This document shows positions 40,308-48,596 of a stretch of 64,000 bases of DNA, in pieces; the first letter of the stretch is position 1; each line of letters starts with the position of its first letter. Both the position numbers and the translations under genes were made by a program. Below the pieces are notes generated by a model, which was not told where the DNA came from, did not search any database, and saw only the letters and a program-made list of their open reading frames with translations. The stretch is from positions 48,361-112,360 of the forward strand of contig CAWBXV010000007.1 in NCBI GenBank assembly GCA_963792875.1, read 5' to 3'. Source of the DNA: an uncultured Gammaproteobacteria bacterium (GTDB lineage Bacteria > Pseudomonadota > Gammaproteobacteria > Pseudomonadales > JAHEGP01).

Positions 40308-40465
40308 GGCAGCCGGCATGGGAATGCGCCGCGCCCGGCGACCGCTGCAACGCCCCCCGCACCGATGGCAGCGGATGCCGGCGCTATGCCATACTGCCGT
40401 GGCGCTCAGCGCCGCTTCGCGCTGCGCCGTGATCGATGTCATCACCCTCTTTGAGTTCCGACCGC

Positions 40466-40960
40466 ATGAACAGACATGGCAAGTCCTCCGCACCGATCAT
40501 CGCGCTGCTGCTGGCCCTCGGCGGCCTGCAGCCGGCCCCGAGTCACGCCGAACCCGACGCCGCCACCGCGCGGGGCAGATACCTGGTCCAGATCGCCGGC
40601 TGCAACGACTGCCACACGCCCGGCTACCTCCTGGCGGAGGGCAAGGTCCCCGAAGCCCTGTGGCTAACCGGCTCCGATTTCGGCTGGCGCGGCCCGTGGG
40701 GCACCACCTACGCCACCAACCTGCGCAACCGCCTGCAGGAGTTCAGCCAGGACCAGTGGCTCGATTACGCCCGGCAGCTGCACGCCAGGCCTCCCATGCC
40801 CTGGTTCATGCTCAACCAGATGAAGACCGAAGACCTCGCGGCCATCTACGCCTACGTCCGCCACCTGGGACCGGCCGGCACCGCCGCGCCGGCCTACCTG
40901 CCGCCGGACGTCGAGCCGCCGCCGCCGTACGCCTCCTTCCCGCCGCCGCCTCCGCAGTGA
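40466..40960 (+). CDS. Monoheme c-type cytochrome (periplasmic)
   Basis: The signal peptide is MNRHGKSSAPIIALLLALGG. The heme-binding motif is CNDCH. The C-terminus is proline-rich. Confidence 0.7.
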   Translation: MNRHGKSSAPIIALLLALGGLQPAPSHAEPDAATARGRYLVQIAGCNDCHTPGYLLAEGKVPEALWLTGSDFGWRGPWGTTYATNLRNRLQEFSQDQWLDYARQLHARPPMPWFMLNQMKTEDLAAIYAYVRHLGPAGTAAPAYLPPDVEPPPPYASFPPPPPQ

Positions 40961-41453
40961 ACCGGCCGCATGGCGCCGTGCCGGGGCGCGAGCCGCACCA
41001 CCGGCCCGGCGTTTTTCCATGGAAGCGGAACATCCGCTCGCCTGACGATGCGACGCCGGCAGGCCGTATCACCGCGAAGCCCAGGCGTCGGACGTGTAAA
41101 GATAACCGACACGCCCCGAAAGCCCGCCAGATCGCATCGCCGCCAACCCATACCGGCAGCGCGTCGCTCGCGCCGCGCCGCGCCGCCGGGCGCCCTAACG
41201 ACCTCTGGCCCACCGGCCGCCGCAGAACACCTCGGCCCAGCGCATGGGGCAACCGGGCAGGTTGTGCACGTGCAACGCCATTACTACCGCAGCGCATCCG
41301 AAGACGGCACCGGCTACACCCGCGACGCCCCTCATGCGTCCGCCGCACAGGCCTGCAGCTGTGTCGATTTTTTTTACACTCAAGCATCTCCCGGGTCCGC
41401 TTCGCTGGGCGCATCGGCTTGTAAGCGTTTGATTTAATTATGATGTTATTTAT

Positions 41454-41469
41454 TGGCATGACTATTGCT
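41454..41469 (+). promoter_or_regulatory. Sigma-54 (-24/-12) promoter upstream of the PEP-CTERM protein gene
   Basis: TGGCATGACTATTGCT matches TGGCAC-N5-TTGCW with the canonical GG-to-GC spacing. It sits in an AT-rich intergenic stretch about 110 nt before ATG 41579. Confidence 0.6.
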
Positions 41470-41489
41470 GATTTTTTCATAAAAAATGG

Positions 41490-41514
41490 CGTTCTCTTGT
41501 GGTCGCAGAGAACG
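41490..41514 (+). promoter_or_regulatory. Inverted repeat or 5'-UTR hairpin just downstream of the sigma-54 promoter
   Basis: CGTTCTCT (41490-41497) pairs with AGAGAACG (41507-41514) around a 9-nt loop. Confidence 0.3.
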
Positions 41515-41578
41515 CAGGCAGTTCAGGCGCTGCCACACGCGCCTCTGGAGCACACACCGTAAAATGAGGATTGACAAC

Positions 41579-42364
41579 ATGGCAACTGCATTTCCCGCCC
41601 ATCGGGCCCTGATCACCTTCCTGCTGGTCGGCACCGGCGCTATCGCCCACGGCGCTCCCATACGCTGGACTGACTGGACCGATGGCGGCACCGTCGAGGG
41701 CACCGAGTACGTAGCCAATGGCACCATCACCACCGCGACGACAACGGTCTCGGTCACCTATCGCAACCCACTGGGGATTGGATTCGCACAGTTCAGTGGT
41801 GGCACCGATTATTGGACCAGCCGCAACAGTGGCCGCGACCCGGCCGTCTCGCCCTACACCAGCGACAAGGTCGACAACATCCCGACGGGCACCGACATCA
41901 TTGCGCTGCAGAACGCCGGCAACCAGACGCTGACCTTCTCAGAGACGATCGCCAACCCGGTCTTTTCCTACGTCAGCCTCAACGGCAATGGCTATGCCTT
42001 CGATCAGGACTTCGAACTCCTGAGCTTCGGCAGCCCATCCGACGGCAACGAATGCGGGTATTGGGGCTGCGGGACCTCCTACAAGGAAGTCGTCGATCTG
42101 GGCAACGGCGAGAAGGAATACCAGCTGCTGGGCACCGGCGAGCCTCACGGCACACTGCGCTTCACCGGAGCTTTCGACACGGTGAACTGGCGCAGCCTCT
42201 CCAATGAATTCTGGAACGGCTTTACCGTAGGCGTGGAAGGAACCGCCGATGAGATTCTGCCCCCGCCCGGCGGCACCGTGCCCGAGCCCGGCCCGATCGG
42301 CCTGCTGGGTCTTGGCGTGGTCTCGATCGCCCTGACCAGACTGGCGAGAAAACGCTCGGCCTGA
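41579..42364 (+). CDS. PEP-CTERM sorting-domain secreted protein
   Basis: ATG 41579 lies 8 nt after GAGGA. The signal peptide is ALITFLLVGTGAIAHG. The C-terminal VPEPGPIGLLGLGVVSIALTRLARKRSA is a PEP motif followed by a TM helix and a basic tail. Confidence 0.8.
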   Translation: MATAFPAHRALITFLLVGTGAIAHGAPIRWTDWTDGGTVEGTEYVANGTITTATTTVSVTYRNPLGIGFAQFSGGTDYWTSRNSGRDPAVSPYTSDKVDNIPTGTDIIALQNAGNQTLTFSETIANPVFSYVSLNGNGYAFDQDFELLSFGSPSDGNECGYWGCGTSYKEVVDLGNGEKEYQLLGTGEPHGTLRFTGAFDTVNWRSLSNEFWNGFTVGVEGTADEILPPPGGTVPEPGPIGLLGLGVVSIALTRLARKRSA

Positions 42365-42380
42365 TCTCGGCCGGCACGCA

Positions 42381-42412
42381 GCAAGCCCCGCCGACGCGGG
42401 GCTTGCTTTTTT
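42381..42412 (+). terminator. Rho-independent terminator after the PEP-CTERM gene
   Basis: A perfect 11-bp stem, GCAAGCCCCGC / GCGGGGCTTGC, has a 4-nt loop and is followed by T6. Confidence 0.85.
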
Positions 42413-42569
42413 CAGTCGCCAGCAGCACCCAGCCAGCTGTAGCGGCGATATCTACAACTTGCCCGAGCGATCGACGCCGTGGATACTAGGCGAGAGCAGC
42501 ATACCAAGGCCGTGCGCCGGAGCGATCCGTCCATCGCCGCCGCCACTCCACCAGCGACGCGCTATCGAG

Positions 42570-44186
42570 ATGAACCTGAGAGCAACCAATCTTGGCAAGC
42601 TGAGCCTGCAGGAATACGACGTGCTGATACTCGGCGCCGGCATCAACGGCGCGGTAGCGGCGGCGGCGCTGGCGACCCGCGGCGTCAGGGTCGCGCTGAT
42701 CGACCGGGGCGATTTTGCCAGCGAGACCAGCTCCAACTCCTCCAACCTCGCCTGGGGCGGCATCAAGTACCTCGAGAGCGGCGAGCTGTCCCTGGTCAAC
42801 AAGCTGTGCCGGTCGCGCAACCACCTGCTGCACCACTACCCCTCGCGGGTGCGGGAGGTCCGCTTCTTCACCACCATCCAGCGCGGCTTCCGCCTGCCGG
42901 TGTGGATGGTGTTCATGGGCACGCTGCTGTACTGGGCAATCGGGCGCTTCTACACACAGGCGCCGCGCTACCTCACGCGCCGGCAGATCGAGACCCAGGA
43001 GCCGGTCATCGACACCGCCAAGGTGGCCGCCGGCTTCGAGTACTCCGACTGCTATCTGCACGATAACGACTCGCGCTTCGTGTTCAACTTCGTGCGCGCC
43101 GCGCTCGATCACGGCTGCATCGCCGCCAACTACGTCGAGGCGCTGCACTCCGAGCGCCGCGACGGCCGCTGGGTGACGCAGGCCCGCGATGTCATGAGCG
43201 GCCGCGATTACACCGTGCGCGCCAAAGTGCTCATCAACGCCTGCGGCCCCTGGGTCGACCGCCGCAACGCGGCGGACGGCCAGGCCACCGAGCACCACCA
43301 CGTCTTCTCCAAGGGCGTGCACCTGATCGTCGACCGGGTCACCCCGCAGCAGCGCGTGCTGACCTTCTTCGCCAGCGATGGCCGGCTGTTCTTCATGATC
43401 CCCATGGGCCCCAAGACCTGCATCGGCACCACGGACACCCAGGTCGAATGCCCGGAAAGCGACATCACCGACGAGGACCGCCGCTTCCTGCTGGATAACG
43501 CCAACGCGCTGCTCAAGCTGTCGCGCCCGCTGACGCTGGACGACATCATCGCCGAGCGCTGCGGGGTGCGCCCGCTTGCCGTGCAGGACGTGACCGACAA
43601 GGCCGACTGGGTGCAGCTGTCGCGCAAGCACGTGATCGACGTGGACCGCGTGGCCCAGCGCGTCAGCATCTTCGGCGGCAAGCTGACCGACTGCATCAAC
43701 GTGGGCAACGAGATCGTCGAGCTCATCGCCAGCCTGGGCATCGATGTGCCCTTCCCCGACCAGAAGTGGTACGGCGAGTCCGACACCGAGGTGCGCGAGG
43801 ACTTCTTCCACCAGGCCCGCCTGATGGACCTGGACAGCCTCACCGCCGCCAACGCTTCCGAACCGCTCTCCGAGCGGCTGTGGCGCCGCTACAACGCCAA
43901 CGCCTTCCGCCTGCTCGACCAGATACGTGAGGACCCGGACGAGGCGCGGCAGCTGATCGAGAACGCCGAATACATCCGCTGCGAGATCGAGCTGGCGGCG
44001 CGGCGCGAGATGATCACCAAGCTTGAGGACTTCATGCGGCGACGCTCAAAAATCGAGCTGGTGCTGCGCCAGCGGGACATCATCGGCGCACAGGGCCTGA
44101 AAGACGCGTGCGCCATCCTGTTCGGCGACGAGGCCGAGCTGCGCCTGCAGGAATATCTGGACACGCTCGAACAGACCGCCTACTGA
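42570..44186 (+). CDS. glpD: FAD-dependent glycerol-3-phosphate dehydrogenase/oxidase
   Basis: Start is ATG 42570. The dinucleotide-binding motif is YDVLILGAGINGAVAAAALA. The sequence has GlpD-like colinearity and a C-terminal helical domain. Confidence 0.8.
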   Translation: MNLRATNLGKLSLQEYDVLILGAGINGAVAAAALATRGVRVALIDRGDFASETSSNSSNLAWGGIKYLESGELSLVNKLCRSRNHLLHHYPSRVREVRFFTTIQRGFRLPVWMVFMGTLLYWAIGRFYTQAPRYLTRRQIETQEPVIDTAKVAAGFEYSDCYLHDNDSRFVFNFVRAALDHGCIAANYVEALHSERRDGRWVTQARDVMSGRDYTVRAKVLINACGPWVDRRNAADGQATEHHHVFSKGVHLIVDRVTPQQRVLTFFASDGRLFFMIPMGPKTCIGTTDTQVECPESDITDEDRRFLLDNANALLKLSRPLTLDDIIAERCGVRPLAVQDVTDKADWVQLSRKHVIDVDRVAQRVSIFGGKLTDCINVGNEIVELIASLGIDVPFPDQKWYGESDTEVREDFFHQARLMDLDSLTAANASEPLSERLWRRYNANAFRLLDQIREDPDEARQLIENAEYIRCEIELAARREMITKLEDFMRRRSKIELVLRQRDIIGAQGLKDACAILFGDEAELRLQEYLDTLEQTAY

Positions 44187-44473
44187 AAACCGGCCAATGC
44201 CGGATTGCGCGCGCCCATGCGCCGGGAACACCGCAGCGGCAGCGCCTGCCCGCGCACCACTCGCGCCGCATCAGATCGCCGCCTTTTTATCCACGGACTA
44301 TGCTTGGTATCATAACCCTGTCGTCCACGCTGAAACTCCACGGACGTTTTCGCTCAGGGCAGCGGTTGTTCTATAGGGAATGTGGCAACACGGCTGGTCC
44401 TGCGGCAGCGGCCTCTTGCGCAACCGAACCGGCCGCGCCCCGCTGGGGCATCACTTGTCTGGTAGTGAACTCG

Positions 44474-44683
44474 ATGATTGACTTGCTCGAAAAAAATTGG
44501 CTGATAGTGGTGGTCTGGTGCTGGCTGTTCGCGATCAGCGTATCCCGACAGAGCGCGAACAATACGACGTTTTTTCATATCGTAAAGAATGTCATCCTGT
44601 CAGTATTGAGCGCTACCGTACTGCTGGGTGTCGGCCTTGTGCTGTGGCAGGGCGTTATCAGGGTCGCCGCCGACTATCTGTAA
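44474..44683 (+). CDS. Possible 69-aa two-TM membrane protein in a low-GC islet
   Basis: It reads MIDLLEKNWLIVVVWCWLFAISV...VILSVLSATVLLGVGLVLW. GC is lower than the surroundings. There is no SD and I recognise no family. Confidence 0.35.
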   Translation: MIDLLEKNWLIVVVWCWLFAISVSRQSANNTTFFHIVKNVILSVLSATVLLGVGLVLWQGVIRVAADYL

Positions 44684-45144
44684 TCCTGCCATCGCGCGGG
44701 CGACGGCAGCGCAGCACGTCGCCGTGCTGTCTCTCGCTGCTGGCCGCACCGCATACGCTTTGGCCGTGCCGCTGTTCGTCAGCACCTACGCGCGCTGGAT
44801 GGCTCGGCGCGCAGCTGTTGACCCTGGCGAGGCAGCGGGCTCGGCGGCATCTCAGCATGGCAGGCGGGACATTTCGCGGTTCGCTGGCCGCACGCTGCCA
44901 TGCAGCCGACATGGCAGCGGCGTGTCAACGCCATCGTCAACGCCCGCTGAGCCGACGTCCTGCGCCGGCACCCTGCTGACCTGGATAATGTCCCCACCCA
45001 TGCGTGCTTGAGGAGGGCCATCCGGCTTGGATTCCCGACGGATTTACCTGTTGATGGTTCCGGTACTGTGTCAGGATGAGAAGGCAGGCCGCTGTAAGGA
45101 TTCAGCAGCCAGTACGCGCAGGTTCGTTATGCCAAGGAGGCACT

Positions 45145-45564
45145 ATGAAACATCTGAACTTCGCCATTCTTCTGTAGGTCGCGTTCACCCTCGCTGGCAG
45201 CCCATTGGTGTTTGCCGGCGATAACGACCCCCTGTTTGTCAACGTGACCACCGACGACGACTATCGCTCGAGTTTAGCAATCACCGTCTCAAAGGCGATG
45301 TTTGAGCGCGGTCACCCACTGACGATCTTCTTCAACGACCGGGGCATCCTCGTTACTGCCAGGAAGAACGCGGAAAAATTCAAGGAGCAGCAGGCGACCC
45401 TGACGGAGCTGGCAGCGGCCGGCGCCATGCTCATTGCGTGTCCAAAATGTATGAAGCACTACCACATCGAAGAATCCGATCTGCTGGCGGGCATCAAGGT
45501 CGGTAATGCGCAAGTGACCGGTGATGCCTTGTTCAAAGACAACACCAGAACGCTTTCCTGGTGA
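45145..45564 (+). pseudogene. DsrE/DsrF-like family periplasmic protein with an in-frame TAG inside the signal peptide
   Basis: AAGGAGG precedes ATG 45145, which reads MKHLNFAILL, then TAG (45175-45177), then VAFTLAGSPLVFA-GDND... in the same frame. The mature part is DsrE-like (PLTIFFNDRGILV, MLIACPKCMKHYHI). Confidence 0.65.
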
Positions 45565-45715
45565 CGCGAACCCACCCGCCTGCCAGCTCTGGATGGGCGA
45601 TCGGCCGGCGGGCCAGCCTCCGGGGTGGGGCATGTCAGCGGCAGAGAGGTGGCCACCCGGCACGGATAGCCCCTGACCGCGGTGCTGCGGCAGAACCTTT
45701 CCAAGCAGCCTCGTA

Positions 45716-46087
45716 CTAGTTCAGATCCGCCGCAAAGCGCCGCAGCAGCGCCAGCGGCACCACCTGCAGGGCGCGCTCGTGAGTGCTCTGCAGATAGACC
45801 CGCGGCGCCATGCCCTGCTGATAGGCCTCCAGCCAGCGCGCGGCACACAGGCACCAGCGATCGCCGGCCTGCAGGCCCGGGAAACCGTGCTCAGGGACGG
45901 GCGTCGACAGGTCGTTGCCGCGGAAGCGGGAATACTCGAGAAACTCCGCAGTCATCTCCACGCACACCGTATGCGATCCCAGGTCCGTGGCGTCGGTGTT
46001 GCAGCAACCGTCGCGAAAAAAGCCCGTCACCGGCTGGGTACTGCAGGGCCGCAGCGGCTCACCAAAAACGTTCGTTGAAGTATCCAT
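45716..46087 (-). CDS. DUF2237 family protein
   Basis: ATG 46087 follows GGGAG. The hallmark sequence is VFGEPLRPCSTQPVTGFFRDGCCNT...GSHTVC...GDRWCLCAARW. Confidence 0.75.
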   Translation of the reverse strand: MDTSTNVFGEPLRPCSTQPVTGFFRDGCCNTDATDLGSHTVCVEMTAEFLEYSRFRGNDLSTPVPEHGFPGLQAGDRWCLCAARWLEAYQQGMAPRVYLQSTHERALQVVPLALLRRFAADLN

Positions 46088-46341
46088 CGTCGCTCCCGCG
46101 CACCGTCGTTCTCGTTCCGGGTCATTGACTACCACCCTACTGACAGGTTCCGCAAGCCCGCCATTGAGCGGTTGTTCCCGCCTCTCGCCCCCGGTCCCAC
46201 CACCCTGCCCACCTGGGCAGGGGACCTCTTTCCGCTCCGTTGATCATTCAGCCTGCGACGGACTGCCGGCACCGGTTGCCGGTTGCCGGGCCAAGCAGTC
46301 GCCCCCCCGATGGATGCCACGTGCAGGGCAGCCGGTCCGCG

Positions 46342-47799
46342 TCAGCCCGCGCCGGCGCCCTGCTCTGCACGCTGCAGCGCCTCGGCCTGGGCCGCGATCG
46401 CCTCGGTCATACCTTTGAAAATCACCAGGTGCGCCGGAATCAGCGCATACCAGTACAGCAGCCCCCATACGCCGGCCGGGTGCCAATAGGCGGTGGCGGT
46501 CACGCGGCATCCCTCCGGCTGCTGTTCCAGCTCGAACTCCAGCACGCCCGCCCCTGGCGCCTTCATGCCAAATTTCAGCGTCAGGCGGCGCTCCTCCTGC
46601 AGGCCGATCACCCGCCAGGAGTCGACCACATCCCCCAGGCGCAGCCGCGCGGGGTCGCGGCGCTGGTGGCGCAGCCCCTTGCCGCCGACGCACCAGTCCA
46701 GAAGTTCCCGGAGGCGCCACAGGGGATTGAGATAGAAATACCCCTGATCGCCGCCGATGGTCTGCACGACCCGCCAGCAGGTGGCGGCGCTCGCAGAGCT
46801 GACGGCGCTGCCGCCGGCCTTCTTGGCATAGAACCCATAGGCGGGGTTGTAGTCCCTGATCGGAAACGCGCCTTCGACCCACTGCGCGGGCACGGCGTTG
46901 TCGCGCTCGACGCGCTCCACCTCGTCGAGGGCCTCCTCAAAGCTCAGCAGCCGCTGCGGGCAGCGCTGCTCGATGGCGCTCGAGTCCGCGACAAAGTCAT
47001 GCTCCAGGCCGGCGATGAGCGCCTTCGCTATGGGTGTGGGCACCGATGTCACCAGCCGCAGCCACCAGGAGGACAGCCCGGGACTGAGCAGGGGCACCGG
47101 TATGATCAGCGGGCGCTTGCCGGTGCGGTGCCCGATGGCGAGCATCATCTGCTGGTAGGACACCACCTCCGGGCCACCCACGTCGTAGATGGCGGGCTGG
47201 GCGCTGTCCGACAGGCCGAATTCGACCAGATAGCGGATGAGATTGGACAACGCTATGGGGGAGCACTGGGCCCGCACCCAGCGCGGCGTGATCATCACCG
47301 GCAGGTGGTTGACCAGATCGCGCATGACCTCAAAGGCCGCCGAGCCAGGCCCGACGATGATGCCGGCGCGCAGTTCGATCACCGGCAGACCGGCGGACCG
47401 CAGCACCTCCCCGGTGGCGGCGCGCGAGCGCAGATGGGGCGAGCGGGAATCCGGCGGTATCAGCCCGCCCAGATAGATGACGCGGCCCACGCCGGCCGTC
47501 ACGGCGGCCGCGGCAAAATTGCGCGCCGCATCGAGGTCCAGCTGATCGAAGCCCTTGCCGGACGCCATGGAATGAACCAGATAGTACGCCACGTCGACCC
47601 CGGCCAATGCGGGCCCCAGCGTCTGGGGCCGCAGGGCGTCGGCCTGGACCAGCTCAACGCCCTGCCACGCTCTCGCCTCGAGGACTTTGCTGTTGCGCGA
47701 CGATGCGCGCAACAGCAGCCCCGGCACCTGGGCCAGCAGCAGTTGCGGCACCAGATTGGTACCGATGTAACCGCTGGCCCCGAAGATCAGAATTCGCAT
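46342..47799 (-). CDS. NAD(P)-binding SDR-type protein fused to a DUF2867-like C-terminal domain
   Basis: The Rossmann motif is MRILIFGASGYIGTNLV. The 485-aa product has a C-terminal region typical of DUF2867 fusions. Confidence 0.75.
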   Translation of the reverse strand: MRILIFGASGYIGTNLVPQLLLAQVPGLLLRASSRNSKVLEARAWQGVELVQADALRPQTLGPALAGVDVAYYLVHSMASGKGFDQLDLDAARNFAAAAVTAGVGRVIYLGGLIPPDSRSPHLRSRAATGEVLRSAGLPVIELRAGIIVGPGSAAFEVMRDLVNHLPVMITPRWVRAQCSPIALSNLIRYLVEFGLSDSAQPAIYDVGGPEVVSYQQMMLAIGHRTGKRPLIIPVPLLSPGLSSWWLRLVTSVPTPIAKALIAGLEHDFVADSSAIEQRCPQRLLSFEEALDEVERVERDNAVPAQWVEGAFPIRDYNPAYGFYAKKAGGSAVSSASAATCWRVVQTIGGDQGYFYLNPLWRLRELLDWCVGGKGLRHQRRDPARLRLGDVVDSWRVIGLQEERRLTLKFGMKAPGAGVLEFELEQQPEGCRVTATAYWHPAGVWGLLYWYALIPAHLVIFKGMTEAIAAQAEALQRAEQGAGAG

Positions 47800-47900
47800 A
47801 CGCCACCCGCCTCGTCGACTGCTGCCGCTCAGACCCCTTCACAGAGCGGTACGTGCCCCCTCGGGCACCGGTTCAAACCCGGCTGTCCGGCAGCGCCGGC

Positions 47901-48206
47901 TCAGTCGCCCGCCGCGCTCGCTGCAGCGGCCGCCACGCACTGGAAATGCAGCACCACCCGATGCACCTCGTCGCTGCCCCCGTTGATGTAGTAGTTGTCG
48001 CGCTTGAGCTGGCGGTACACCTGCGAGGAGGCGGCGCAGTAATCACGCGCCACGCGCTCGACTTCGTCGTCTGACCCGAAGGGCTCGACGCTGTCACGGC
48101 TCACGACGAAGGCATTGTCGCCCTCAGGGGTCACCTCCTTATAGGACGGCGCATGAACACAGGCGGTCATCAGCAGCACCAGAGGCAGCAGGCGGGCATT
48201 CTTCAT
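47901..48206 (-). CDS. Small hypothetical lipoprotein
   Basis: AAGGA lies upstream of ATG 48206. The lipobox is MKNARLLPLVLLMTAC. Confidence 0.55.
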   Translation of the reverse strand: MKNARLLPLVLLMTACVHAPSYKEVTPEGDNAFVVSRDSVEPFGSDDEVERVARDYCAASSQVYRQLKRDNYYINGGSDEVHRVVLHFQCVAAAAASAAGD

Positions 48207-48596
48207 GACGGCGATCCTTCTTGTTATGGTATTGTCAGTGGCTCGCGGCGGGCGCAGGGAGCGCCTGCAGCGCAGGCGGGCAGCGGGCGCAAGCCAAGCC
48301 GCGGAGCGGCGCCGACGCCACGTGCCGTCCTACGCCGGGTGCCGGCCAAAGCAACGCCTCGCCGCTCTGTCGTCAACCCGATCCGTATCCCGGCAGCCCC
48401 GCGCCGGAGGCAAAAAAACATTATGCGCAAAAAGCCCAACTGGCGCAAAATAGACTTGCTCCGCCAACTCGCGTGGCGGCGCATCTTCTTCCGGCGGCGG
48501 GTGGAACAGCCACCTCAACCGTCCTCCTGGTAGCGTATTTTTTCCGCCCGCCCCGCCGCAGCCGGCAGGGGTGGACCGTTGCAGCTGAGGCGCCTG

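Noticed and set aside
40961-41450. Overlapping ORFs of 60-220 aa on both strands between the cytochrome c and PEP-CTERM genes.
   Set aside because: All are Arg/Pro/Gly/Cys-rich, lack SD and start context, and show no motif. I treat the region as non-coding, possibly a sigma-54 enhancer region.
44628-45011. A 127-aa plus-strand ORF in the low-GC islet.
   Set aside because: It has no SD, its composition is Ala/Arg/Ser/Cys-rich and it has no motif. It overlaps equally long ORFs on the opposite strand. I cannot distinguish it from noise.
47845-47895. A tRNA-like T-arm (CCGGTTCAAACCCGG).
   Set aside because: No acceptor stem, D-arm or anticodon arm can be built from the flanking sequence. It is probably just part of intergenic hairpins between two minus-strand genes.
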